Source: Lingula anatina
Taxonomy: Eukaryota; Animalia; Brachiopoda
Assembly: GCA_051362555.1 (NCBI GenBank)
Contig: CM120644.1
Location: 13,352,567 to 13,416,566, forward strand
DNA length: 64,000 nt
Reading direction: 5' to 3'
The notes under the pieces were generated by a model. It had not been told where the DNA came from, made no database searches, and saw nothing but the letters and a program-made list of their open reading frames with translations. Position numbers and translations under genes: made by a program. How positions within the stretch are numbered: the first letter of the stretch is position 1; every line of letters begins with the position of its first letter. Shown piece after piece: positions 52,597 to 63,846 of this stretch.

Positions 52597-54923
52597 CTCT
52601 GAAGTGCCGAATAACAGTGCCTACCGGAATAACAGTGCCCCCCGGAAAACTTTCCAAAATTAATAACAGTGCCTAGCGGAATAACTGTGCCCCCTGGAAA
52701 AATTCCCGATATTTAATAACAGTGCCTAGCGGAATAACTGTGCCCCCCGGAAAATTTTATCAATTTTAATAATTTCAATGAATAATTGTAATGGCAATTT
52801 TAAATTAAATTCCAATCTGGAAAAATTATGTTTTGACTATTAAACATAAAAAACACAATATCTAGACAAATTTACCTTTGATTTTATACACATAGTTTAA
52901 CATATTTTAACTATTTAGAGTAATCCTTATCACCAAGCTCCCCCGGAAAATTTTTTCAATCGAGGTGCAATTTGGTGCATTTTAGGGTTTTTATGTAATT
53001 TTTTACATCTTATGTGGCACTGAATTGTCTTGTTTTAGGTGTTTTGAGGAATTAATTCAGTAATGACATAACAAAGGTTTAGACAAAATTTATTTTCCAG
53101 TCTATGCATTCACTCAGTTTAGTCAATCTTGAAGTTTAAGGTTCAGCATCAGCAGTTCCTATAATGCTAATTTAAACTTACAAAAATTATAGAACATACT
53201 GTTTCAAAAAAAAAAAAATAATAATAATAATAATAACTACTTTAATACTTATGGGAATCAAGAAAAAGGGCTTCCTACATTGAATTATTTTTGGATTGAC
53301 CAAAAAGTTGATAAAATATGTTGTTCTTACCATTTTTCACCTTTCTGAAAGTAACTGGTCAATTGAATTTGCGTGTCGTTCAGCGCAAAGCGACTCCCGC
53401 TACTAATTATACGTAGTTTGAGATGTAATTTATAATCAACAACTTCAAACACCGTGAAATGAATTTTTCAGAATTAAAGAGATTAAAATTACACTTATCA
53501 TCAATTTGAGTTCTTCGTTTGTTCATTTATATGATTCTATTCAGTCATGGAAATTCATATTCAATGCACACGAAATAATGACGTGACCCAGTTTTACAAC
53601 GCTACTGCTTTCACAAAACTAACCCGTAAATCAGTAGAAAATCTTCTCCAAGTTTATAAAATCAACAAAGTGCACTTAATTTTCTCCATTTTTATCAGTG
53701 AATAAACGTAAACTATAAAAACACACAACAGGCGGTCTTAATTTCGGAACATGACAAAGTGACAGAGAAAGTGTGTTTGTGACATGCGACTAAATGTTGT
53801 CGAGAGTAGTTGCCTCGTTTCGCTCTGTCTCGTATACTTCAAATACAGCACAGAACTGCGAAAACGAGGCTTTCACAGGGAGATGGCATATGCGCATGCG
53901 TATTTTCGTTACTACTAAATCAAGTGCTCAGAAGCATACGTACAGTATGTAAATAGAATGCCATAGTTGCTTAGAAATAAATATAAATTTCAGTTAGCAT
54001 GAGTGAAAATATACTTTGTTGTTCCATTCAGCCCAGCGAGGCGGTGCTTTTGACAAATTTCAGCGAGACGCCTCGCTCTTTATATGCTGGAGAAACGCTG
54101 GCTTTTATTTACGCTAAAAACAAGTTCGAGTGTAGTGCTTGCGACAGGTCATTAATAATTATTAACTTGTCCAATGAAACGACCATCAACATTTCCGAAA
54201 CGATCAACAATATTTCCAACCGGCACGGTGAGTGCCAAATAACCGTGCCGTGTGGAAAATTATTAATCGTGCCGGGGAAAATAAGATCGTGCCGGGTGGA
54301 AAATTTCCGGTGTCACGTGTACGGTCCGTTCTGCGTGAACCATCCGTCCTGACCGATTGTACACGCAGCAGCAGCGTGTATGAGGCGTTCCGTGAATGGT
54401 CCGTTGTTATTCACCTGTACTGTTATACATGTATTCGGCTAGTTCATTTCCTACCTCATTATACATTTACTATGATGGGGATAAAATGCATGTGTTTATT
54501 GATAACTTAATTTGATAGAGAATCAGCATCAAATTACAGATCGACGCATGGATGAACCTAGATAGTATCGTGGACGGGCCGTCGTTTATTCAGCTGCTGG
54601 CTACTATTTTAGTATTGATTTTACAAGGCTAGTGTGTTCATATGGCCACCTAAGAGAAATTGCAGTAGAGGTGAACTTCTATAATATATGAATACTTCTA
54701 AAGATTATGTTTGAATTTGCAGTATGTTCTCAACAGCGTGTGTTTATTAAAAGCTAAGAGATGTATTGACGACTCTATAGAGACGGACTGTACATGCCGG
54801 AAGTCTCTCAGATTTGCCTGCGCTTTGTGCGCATGAGCAGAACGGATGCTTCACGCTCCGGGCGGTACACGCCACACCGGAAAAAAAATAAACGTGCCGG
54901 CACGTTTATTTGGCACTTCAGAG
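52597..54923. mobile_element. Non-autonomous Tc1/mariner (pogo/Tigger-like) DNA transposon in an RPP25L intron
   Basis: TA flanks; TIR CTCTGAAGTGCC(G/A)AATAA; subterminal AATAACAGTGCC..CGGAA repeats (52610-52750) and related repeats at 54233-54303; no intact transposase. Confidence 0.8.
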
Positions 54924-54948
54924 TACCTTATATACCTTATATATGTAC

Positions 54949-55088
54949 CTTAAACTTTTTCATTGCAAAGCCCAATAGGTTTTTTATCTTGCTCCCTGGA
55001 GATACTTTCATGTGAATGACACTAGGATGGTAGCTGTAATTGTCTGCTTCATCCACCTCAACAACTGACCCTTTCTCATAGTGCTCCA
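54949..55088 (-). CDS. RPP25L: RPP25L (RNase P/MRP p25-like, Alba family) exon: (M)EHYEKGSVVEVDEADNYSYHPSVIHMKVSPGSKIKNLLGFAMKKFK
   Basis: Matches the RPP25L N-terminus MEHYxK...MxVxxGSKIxNLLGxA; acceptor CAG at 55089 followed by TG GAG; donor AAG|GTACAT. Confidence 0.93.
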
Positions 55089-55262
55089 CTGGAATTTGAA
55101 ATGTCACTATTATATTATATCTAATGAAAATGATCATCAATCATGGTTTACAATGTGCTAGTCTGAATATATTGCATATATTATCACATCAGCGACTCTC
55201 TGTCTCACTGATATCAGTACATCATAATCATATGCAGGGTGCTACTAGGCACTAGCTGCTGT

Positions 55263-55318
<56 letters not shown>

Positions 55319-55330
55319 AATGAAACTTAC

Positions 55331-55450
55331 TCCCACAGTTCGTGTCAACGTTGACAGAATCAAAGGAAAATATAATCAGGAAGAAAAGCGGTCAGCGTTA
55401 GTAGCACGGTAGTGCATTCAGCCAGCTGTCTCCCTACTAAGCAGGTGCCA
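55331..55450 (-). other. RPP25L: Probable first exon of RPP25L (5'UTR plus the A of the initiator ATG); upstream boundary approximate
   Basis: Ends ...GTGGGA|GTAAGT at 55331/55330; in-frame stops upstream; adjacent to promoter motifs. Confidence 0.6.
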
Positions 55451-56080
55451 TCTTGTACCCACAATCCTCTGAGACCCTCAAATTTGAGGATACTTCCGCA
55501 TACGTCACATAAAAAAAACAGAGGGCAGCACTATGCAGCAATATGATTGCAAGACGCGCATACAGGATAAAAAGTAAATCAAAATTGGACTCTTGGGTTT
55601 AAGAAATAATAAACAGGTAAATGAATGAACATGAAGGAAAAAAGAAAAAGGCTGACTTTTGACGAAGTTAACTAGCTCATCCTTGACTCATTGAAAATTA
55701 TAAGTTCAAGTTTTCAAAAGCTACATGCAGCTGATTAGGCCTATATGTAGGCTACAGGTAGCTCAAATTACAAAAAGTTTTTATACATGGACTCAAGAAA
55801 AAAGAGTGAGTTTATATACTGTGCTCCTTAAAGTCCAAAGATCTGCAAACATCAAAGTTTTGATACCAAGGCGACAAAGTAATATATTTTTATAAGTTTA
55901 AGGAAATAGCTACCAGACTTAGAATCTCAGGTTGAGTTTGTGCCTGGATGAGAACAGCTTCATTTTATGCTCTGTTTAACACGCACAGGTAAACCAAATA
56001 AAAATTCACCCAGAACATTAATTTAACATCCCGGTATATTGTTCACTCAGAGGAAGCAATACTTAAGACAAGGTTCTGAA
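55440..56080. promoter_or_regulatory. Divergent promoter region between RPP25L (-) and the EEP gene (+)
   Basis: YY1-like GCCATCTTG (55447), ETS-like ACTTCCG and CRE-like ACGTCA (55493-55507); genes start head-to-head within ~0.7 kb. Confidence 0.55.
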
Positions 56081-56081
56081 A

Positions 56082-56161
56082 ATGGCGTCGGGACTCCATG
56101 CTGCACTGGCGTTGTGTGTATTGTGGTGTGGGGGAGTACATGGATACCCGTCATGGCCTCG
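56082..56161 (+). CDS. Secreted EEP-family protein, exon 1 (signal peptide MASGLHAALALCVLWCGGVHG-YPSWP)
   Basis: AAAATGG Kozak context; hydrophobic core ending VHG; non-canonical donor CG|GCAAGT is phase 2 and matches the next exon. Confidence 0.75.
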
Positions 56162-56275
56162 GCAAGTCATCAGTTTTCATTTCATAACAATTTCTTTTAT
56201 TTCTTCTTTCGTTTTAGTTGTTTAAAGGGATAACAGTTTTTCTTCATTTGAGATTCCACAATAATGCATTGTAAA

Positions 56276-57826
56276 CACCCTGAGCTTCAGAGATAACTTG
56301 ACACTAACCTCTTCACTAAAGCCTATCTTCATCGTGTCAAGTTACCTCTGACCACATTCGATTGCCTCCGCCACCCGCCAATCAAATTTAAAGCCCGCAC
56401 TCAATGACTCATTGAACGATCTAGCCAATGAACGCGAACGAGTCAAAGCGCGCTTTGTTCAAATCCGGACCAATCAAAGATAAGGCTGAATATCAGGGAC
56501 TTGCCGTAACCTGTGGGCAGCACGCAAAATACATCATCCCTCAGTAGATAATTTTTAATTAATTTATTGAGCACAAAGAAATGGTTTACATTTACAGGCT
56601 CTCTAACTAATACAAATATTAAAAAGAATAATTTAAGTAAGAAACTATGCTCATCCACGCAGGGATACACGCTTTTTAATTGCACTGTTAACAAATTTAC
56701 ATATGGCAATCACACTCTGCGCAGAGAGTGGATTGAGTAAAATAGATAGTTTATTGTCTGTTGGACCCTGCAAATTCACCTCTGGTATGGAAGCGAACAG
56801 TATTTCCCGTTCGACTCTGTGTTCACTGCATTCTAGAAAAAAGTGTGCTTCATCTTCTACTGAGTCGCAGTGGGGGCATTTCCTTTTGTCAATTGGCTTC
56901 TTTGGTTTTGTATATCGCCCTCTTTCAATTTCTAATTCATGATCACTGATTCTCATTTTTGCTAATACCCTTTTTTGAGCTAAAGGAACGTTGAGTTTTA
57001 CATAAGGTTCAGCCTCATAAGTGTGTTTAATTTTTCCATATGTTCTGAGTTTATTGTTTTCTCCTTTTTGCAATTCTTCCCAAAAATTTGACTTTATTTT
57101 TTTTATTATTTCTTCCTTTAGGTATTGGTGGTTGTGGATTTTAGTATGTGTGTTGTTATTTGGGTGGTAAACTTCCCAGCATGCCGAAAGATTTGTAGTA
57201 GCCCAAAACCAGTTTTTTCCCTTTTCTGTTTGCTCCATGTCGTAAGCTTGTTTGACTAGTCTGTGAGTTGGAAGGTTGTCCAGTCTTGCACTGTATTTGG
57301 ACACCAAACTTACAATGTCCAAATACAGTGGAAGGCGTCCAAGTTCTGCCCTGCAAGCATTACTGCTGGAAGTTTTTCTTAAACCTAGTGTCCATTTACA
57401 CATTTTTAAATGTATCTGTTCGAATGGCATCTTATTCAATTTGTGTAGTGTCATTTTTTTGTCTATAAATATCTCTTGTGCCCAAACCTCACAGATAATT
57501 ATGCAGGGCATCAAACTGCTCTGGTTTCAATTTCGATATACTCCATGCTTTCTTTGTGTACGGTTATGCACTCGGAACTACTCGGATGTCTCCGCACTCG
57601 ACAATAACTATGTTGTTAGTATGGAGCTTGCGGAATCACCCGAGGATTGCCGATTGACGGTCAACCAATCAGCGTTTTCACCAAACTTTGGTGAAAAATT
57701 TTGAAACATGGATTCGATTGGCTTATATAAACTAGGTCAAACTATTTTCGTCAGAGGTAACTTGACACGATGAAGATAGGCTTTAGTGAAGAGGTTAGTG
57801 TCAAGTTATCTCTGAAGCTCAGGGTG
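56276..57826 (-). mobile_element. AcademH-like non-autonomous DNA transposon with a RecQ helicase N-terminal fragment
   Basis: Perfect 77-bp TIRs (56276-56352 / 57750-57826); 8-bp TSD ATTGTAAA; interior encodes KLKPEQFDALHNYLLRDDVFCVLPTGYGKSLIF once the nested LINE is removed. Confidence 0.85.
56554..57492 (-). mobile_element. 5'-truncated LINE (RTEX/CR1-group-like ORF2 C-terminus with zinc finger) nested in the AcademH-like element
   Basis: Open frame to 56651: CEVWA..CKWTLG..CRAELGRLPL..KLRTY..MRISDHELEIERGRY..CPHC..EDEAHFFLEC; AATAAA tail; TSD AGATAATT at 56546-56553 and 57493-57500. Confidence 0.9.
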
Positions 57827-58362
57827 ATTGTAAACAACACATGGGAATATAATTAATTCCATTTTACCACCAAAATAGCGGTTAACGCAATTATTCTGAA
57901 ATCTATGCTTGCCATCGAACCTCGTGTACCTCCATAGATGGCTTCCCTCCGCAATAAACTCTTAAGAGAATGTTACAAAAACACACTTTAAAAAACATTG
58001 ACTTACTTCTGATGATGTAGAAATTAATTCATTAACCATCGTTATGAAAAATCGCAGTTCAACCCGGGAAAATTCATTTTATGACACTTTTCCCAATAGA
58101 ATGAAGAATTGTTATTCCTTTAAAGTTTAAGGATCCATATGGATGAGCCTCGAGGGTCCGTCTATCCTGCCCTTTTCTCTATTAGGACCTTGTTTCACAC
58201 ACATACACACACACACACACATAAAAAATGCGACCGAAACGAGGCTAAACCAACCGAAATTTTTAGTCCCTGTAGAGAGTATTCAGTGGCGGATTTAGAG
58301 GGTTCACTTTCCGTCCCAGTCTCAAAAAAGCAAAATGTCCTCATTCTTCCTCTTGTTTACCC

Positions 58363-58393
<31 letters not shown>

Positions 58394-59065
58394 ACACCTT
58401 GGCCAAATCCTGAATTAGCTGTTAAAATGCGCATTTCCAGGGTCACCAGCTTTGAAAGTCTAATAAAATTTTAAACATTCATTTTAAATACACATGTACG
58501 TGGGAATGGGATTGCGCAGAATGCCGCGAATAGTTTGTAGCAGATAGACAGGTGAGTAAGGTGTGATGTTAGGCAGGTAGGCAAGAAATGCTAATATTAG
58601 CGGAGAAAAAGCCGTTTTGGTTCAATGTTTATACCATACGTGTATAGAGTCTTAAAAGTTGGCATCATAATAAGAGACAAAGCGTAGGATTTTAAACAAA
58701 TGGGGTTTTGTATTAGTGTACAACTAGGTTGAACTATGTAAGGACATGTAATACTTTTTTTTTATAATTGTAAAGAGATTAATAATTATGCCATGAATAA
58801 ATGGCGTCAAAATAATTTAATTTGTTGATACCAGCCGAACCTCCCAACCGACAGTAGTCAAACATCTTGATTCGCGCGCAAACCGAAAATCAGTTCCTGA
58901 AGCGATGGGGGAATTTTTTTTTAAAGCTCAAGAAATACCCTAGGGAAATTATATAGTGTGAGTTTTTCGCTGGAAAATTTGACTCTATGAACCTGTAAGG
59001 GTCAATAGTTGAAACCGCAATGAAACCCTTTTCGTTTTAATGAAGCGTCTCCTTTCAATTTTCAG

Positions 59066-59140
59066 TTATTCAGTCCGATGGAATGAGACGACGGAATTTG
59101 TGACCTTCAATGTAGGTCTGACCGAGACTGATGTCCCAGA
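59066..59140 (+). CDS. EEP protein exon 2: (R)YSVRWNETTEFVTFNVGLTETDVP(E)
   Basis: TTTTCAG acceptor, GTAAGC donor; TFN first EEP motif. Confidence 0.85.
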
Positions 59141-59164
59141 GTAAGCTCTCCAATTTTTCTTTAA

Positions 59165-60168
59165 GGACGCCCTCTCATATTTCAGATTTCATATTTCTGC
59201 CCTAGCGATTTTGATTAAAATTGTAAGACAAATTCTTCTTACCATATGAGTAAAAAATATGAAAAAAAAATTGGGGGTCCCCACGCTCGTTTTCGAGAGG
59301 TGGCGTCCCGAAAAACGCTACGTTTATTACATTGCGTTATATGGGGATTTTGCCAAAATGCCCTTAATTTTGCTGAAAAATGCAAAAATAAAAAATTCTG
59401 CCCTAGCGATTTTAATTTTATGTGGATATGTTATAGATCTTGGTAGACCTCAAAGAAATTTACAAAAAAATACGTACCACACCAGGCTTGTTTTTGAGCC
59501 AGGGCTGCTTGAGCATCGATTTTTTTTATCAAATTTACATAGGAATCAACGGGAATTTACTAGCAAATTAAGATAAATATATTTGTATCATTAGGTTTTT
59601 AACTCATACACTTATTATGTTTCCATGAAAATTATATTTAAATTTCTCTGCATCAGTTAACCAAATTTCATAAAATTTGCATATCCCATTCATAATAAAT
59701 AGATAATCAAATGTTGAAAGTATCAGTTGGATTTCAGTATGCCTCATGGAATGCCGCCATATTGGATTTTTCATAGGCTAGGCAGATTGACCAAAAGTAT
59801 ATTATATCAATCTCATGTGACTTATTTTCTTATTCCTTTTTATCTTTATTTCTTTTGTTTCTTTATTTTTCTTACTCAGCACTAAAACATGCACTTTATG
59901 GTGAGATAACTGGATAAATTGTTTCCTTTGTACATTAACAATGTATCAATTTCTTACTATGGTAAGTTAGTCATATTTCTTCTCTATATATGGAAGATGG
60001 TGACAAAAATATTCATCTACAGACATCTTTGATTATCAGTTTATTTCTGTTTCATATTATGTTTACAACATGCAAACAAATACATATCAATAGCATATAA
60101 ATATGCATATTAATTTTAAAATAAAAAAATCATACAATTTTTTATTACTTTTATGCATTTTGTTACTC

Positions 60169-60222
<54 letters not shown>

Positions 60223-61210
60223 GTGTTTGGATTGATTTGGCTGAGAAGAAAATAAAGACCATCTGGACTTTCTCTTTGAAGAGCAATTACTAATTCTGAT
60301 ATGTTAACCCTGACAGCTTTATTTTTTTTTCCTACACATGGAGAAATTATTTTTTTACAAACAAGGTTTTCTACAGAATTTGGTAAAGGTTTCACACAGG
60401 ATTGAGTCAGTTGACTGGGATAAAATGAAAAAATCAGAAAAAAGGATTTTCTTCACTTTCATCATTGCAAAAATTAACTAAATTTTGTAACTCAAGACTA
60501 TCTTTTAATGCATTATGGGCTGAATAATTTCTGTGAAGTAATACATTTACAAACTAAAGTCTCTTGTTTATGATTGGGTAAATTAGGATAAAGTTGGAAT
60601 ATAGTACACTTTATCTTCTAAAATATACTGTTTATTTTCCTAGCATCAAAAAAGTATTACATGTATCTGCATAAAAACCCTTGGTCCTCTGTTGTGTGTT
60701 TTATGGTTTTGTCCATTTGCACTTTAACTAAACCAATACAAGGATGACGTCGCAACACGCCAGGCGGGTGCACACCGGTTGCATCTTTCCCGGAGAGCTG
60801 AAAATCGCACTGTTTGCAGGTCATATTGTTCAATAACATACTTAATTCAACAACAAAACGTGATTATTTTCCGTGAGATAAGATCTTGTCACTGCTATAC
60901 AAGCCTTACTAAAACGCTCTTTTCCATCCCTTCTTCGCGTAATTTCTTACATTGCGGCATTTGTAAACAAAGTCGCAAGTGGGTACTTTACGTCGTCAAA
61001 GACCAAGCGTTCACAGATACGCAACGCATTGTTGACATATTCGTAGCGCTTCGACCAAAATAACATCAAAGATTTCATACTGATTTCTTAAAAGGGTGAA
61101 TTACGTATTTTATTGCATGTTATATGTTTATCATTAGCCGCTATCGCAAAAAACTACTCATGCGCGAAATCTGCGCAGATCGCAAAAAAAGCTAATATGA
61201 GAGAACTACC
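59165..61210. mobile_element. Non-autonomous Kolobok-like DNA transposon in EEP intron 2
   Basis: TTAA at 59161-59164 and 61211-61214; imperfect TIR GGACGCCCTCTCATATT / AATATGAGAGAACTACC; CxxC-containing decayed ORF near 60660-61030 (-). Confidence 0.7.
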
Positions 61211-61366
61211 TTAAGATAATGGCTAATTTCATGAGGCCTATTGTTATACTTAAAATTGTACACTACGCGTTTGAAAATGTTCTTAAGTTGCAGATCTTTT
61301 CTTAATGTATAAATAGCTAACAAAAATTTCGCCTTTCTCATGTGTCATTCATTTTCCATCACTCAG

Positions 61367-61580
61367 GTATGCAACTCGTCGCGAGGCGTTCCTTTTGAAA
61401 CTGTCCAACAACGAGATCCCAGGCGATGTCGTCTGCTTGCAAGAGATATGGAAACCAGACGACTTGGCAGCCGTCGTCCAAGCAGCCAAACCAAATTTCC
61501 CTCATTCCTTCAGTGCAATGCACGCGGCTGATGGCAAATTTGCTCCAAAACCTACGTCACCTGCTTGTAAAGCTGCGAAG
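61367..61580 (+). CDS. EEP protein exon 3: YATRREAFLLKLSNNEIPGDVVCLQEIW...SPACKAAK
   Basis: CAG/GT boundaries, frame-consistent; DVVCLQE metal-binding motif. Confidence 0.9.
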
Positions 61581-61783
61581 GTAATATGCAATCAGCCTCA
61601 GATCCGCGCACCCCTTCAAAACGTTTCTGAAATTTGCATCTGTGTCCAGCACCCTCTGAGGATGACGCAAAGGTCGAGCTTTTTTCCACGAATATTGTTA
61701 AGGTCGCTAAATTATGAAGAGGTTAAAACAAACCATTTAAATCTTGTTTTTGACAAATAAAACAAATTACTTCATTTTTTTAG

Positions 61784-62107
61784 ATCTACCCGATGCTCCA
61801 CTGTATTACGACCCAGTGCCTTAATGACAGTGGTGCTGAAATGGACGATTGCATCTCCAAGAATTGCAAGTCCGTGATAAACGAGGCACATCAGGATTGT
61901 CTTAGCTGCATCGCCGACAAGCTGTCAACGAGAGCAGCAACCGACTTAGCAGCCATAGTGGAGCGCTTACAGCAGTGCTTGACAACCTCGTGGCACACGA
62001 CATTCGGTCTCCTGGTTCTCAGCAAGAGGCCACTGTTTGACCCGGAAGTAATAAATTTCCACTATGGGACTTCTGTTTTAGTTGCGAGAGGATACATTCG
62101 GGCGAAG
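61784..62107 (+). CDS. EEP protein exon 4: Cys-rich insert plus GLLVLSKRP...RGYIRAK
   Basis: Phase 0/0; GLxxLSKxP and RG motifs of the EEP fold. Confidence 0.9.
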
Positions 62108-62510
62108 GTGGGCAATGGGTTATTCACTCTTATGTTACGTTATTCTATTTTTTTCCATTTTTTAATTTTATTCTTAATTTCATTATTTATGTATTTTATG
62201 ACTGTCTTTGTTGAAGTTTTAATTGAATTAATTTAATTGCTCTTTTATCTGTCTATTACTGAGAATTGAATGGGTTTAATCATTATTTCATTTAGGTAAG
62301 TATTTTCAAAAAAGGTCGATTATCTATCCTAGAAGGAAAATGCATTTAAGGGGGCACAGCGATCTAAGATCTAAAGTTCATTAAGGAGCTGAGCCTGACA
62401 TTAAAATCCTTTGAAACAAAATGGATTTTTTTTCTTTTTTTTTTTTTTTTTTTTTTTTTTTGTGAAATATCACCCATTAATCTCCACGTGTATTACTGTT
62501 TTCTCTCTAG

Positions 62511-62577
62511 GTACAAAACTTCCACTATTTTTGTACTCACATCACACCTGGTTTTGGCAACGCAACCTATCGGGAAG
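62511..62577 (+). CDS. EEP protein exon 5: VQNFHYFCTHITPGFGNATYRE
   Basis: CTCTAG acceptor, GTAAGA donor; CTH catalytic His motif. Confidence 0.9.
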
Positions 62578-62917
62578 GTAAGAATGATTTTTGTCATCAA
62601 TATTGGTAATCAGTTCTGACCACTAATTGATGACAGCTCATCTAAAAGTCTTCAACCTGGTTTGCTAGTCTTTGTATCGGTATTAGACTACCGGTATGAT
62701 AACTACCTGTGAACATGGACATAATAAGAGAAGGTCTTATTATGTCCATGCTGTGAACCACCGGTGTGTTACAAAAGCTTACAAACACTTACATAGTACG
62801 GAGGCAACCCAAACCGAGCTAATATTGGATCACGGTGTGTAAGGTTTTGAAAATTAAATCTTGATTTTATTCTCTTTTTTTTTTCACTCTATTTATCGAA
62901 ATCCCTTTATTTTTCAG

Positions 62918-63252
62918 TTGGGCCTTTCAACACTTACAAGGAACAAGCGTTGTACGAGACCGGCACTTTACTGAACGCTGCCAGTCTCCATCTGCCCAAT
63001 GTTATACTGGCCGGTGACTTCAACGCTGGACTCTCCATCCCCGAGCGCAACTTGTCCAGTTACAACCCAAATCTGTACAAACTGCTTGCCCAGAATTACC
63101 GTTCGCCGTACCTCCGCCGCGGTGACACTTGCACTTATTGCCGGACAACTGGGCTTGAGTCTTACGGGGCGGAAAACATGGCGATCGACCACGTGTTTGT
63201 ACCCAAGTCCCTGTTATGGTCGACTCAAGGTGCCTTTAGGTTTACAGTTAAG
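62918..63252 (+). CDS. EEP protein exon 6: ...VILAGDFNAG...CTYC...IDHVF...FTVK
   Basis: GDFN and IDH motifs; phase 1 acceptor, phase 0 donor. Confidence 0.92.
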
Positions 63253-63717
63253 GTAGGTAATTCTTAACAGCAACAATAAAAATAAATAAATAAAATAAAA
63301 TAAAACTTGGCATTAAGTCATTTTGCCTTCAGCAGGGTATATTACATGTATATTATTAGTAAGATAATAAATTGAATTTATATAGACCACGTGCTACTAT
63401 TTATTTCATTAATTAATTATTTTACTTAAATGTTGCTATGCCACACTTAATGTGCTGGATATCTTACTATATCAGTGTTTCAATAGTTCCTGCAATGACC
63501 CAAATCAGTTCTCACAAGCGCTATTTTAAACCATTCTGCCATGTCATCAGAGTAATGCATCGGCAAGTACACGAATTATCAAGAACAATATTCATCTTCC
63601 CAGATCACAGATTTATTTTCCTGATATCTCAAATGTATCAAAACATTGAACTCGCTTCTCCCTACACTCCATTGTTATCATTCTCACAGCTTTTGGTTTT
63701 ATTTCCCGATATTTCAG

Positions 63718-63846
63718 AGAGTATCAAGAGTATTGGACTCGCCTCTCCCTGATCGGGACTATCCTCTCTCCGACCACTATGGTGTTTCTGTGATTATCCA
63801 GCGATGTGCCTGCTTCTTGTGGTGGTGGCCATGGAGTAGATGCTGA
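63718..63846 (+). CDS. EEP protein exon 7: RVSRVLDSPLPDRDYPLSDHYGVSVIIQRCACFLWWWPWSRC*
   Basis: SDH catalytic motif; stop TGA; AATAAA at ~63934; assembled CDS 1224 nt (407 aa). Confidence 0.9.
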   Translation, partial: RVSRVLDSPLPDRDYPLSDHYGVSVIIQRCACFLWWWPWSRC

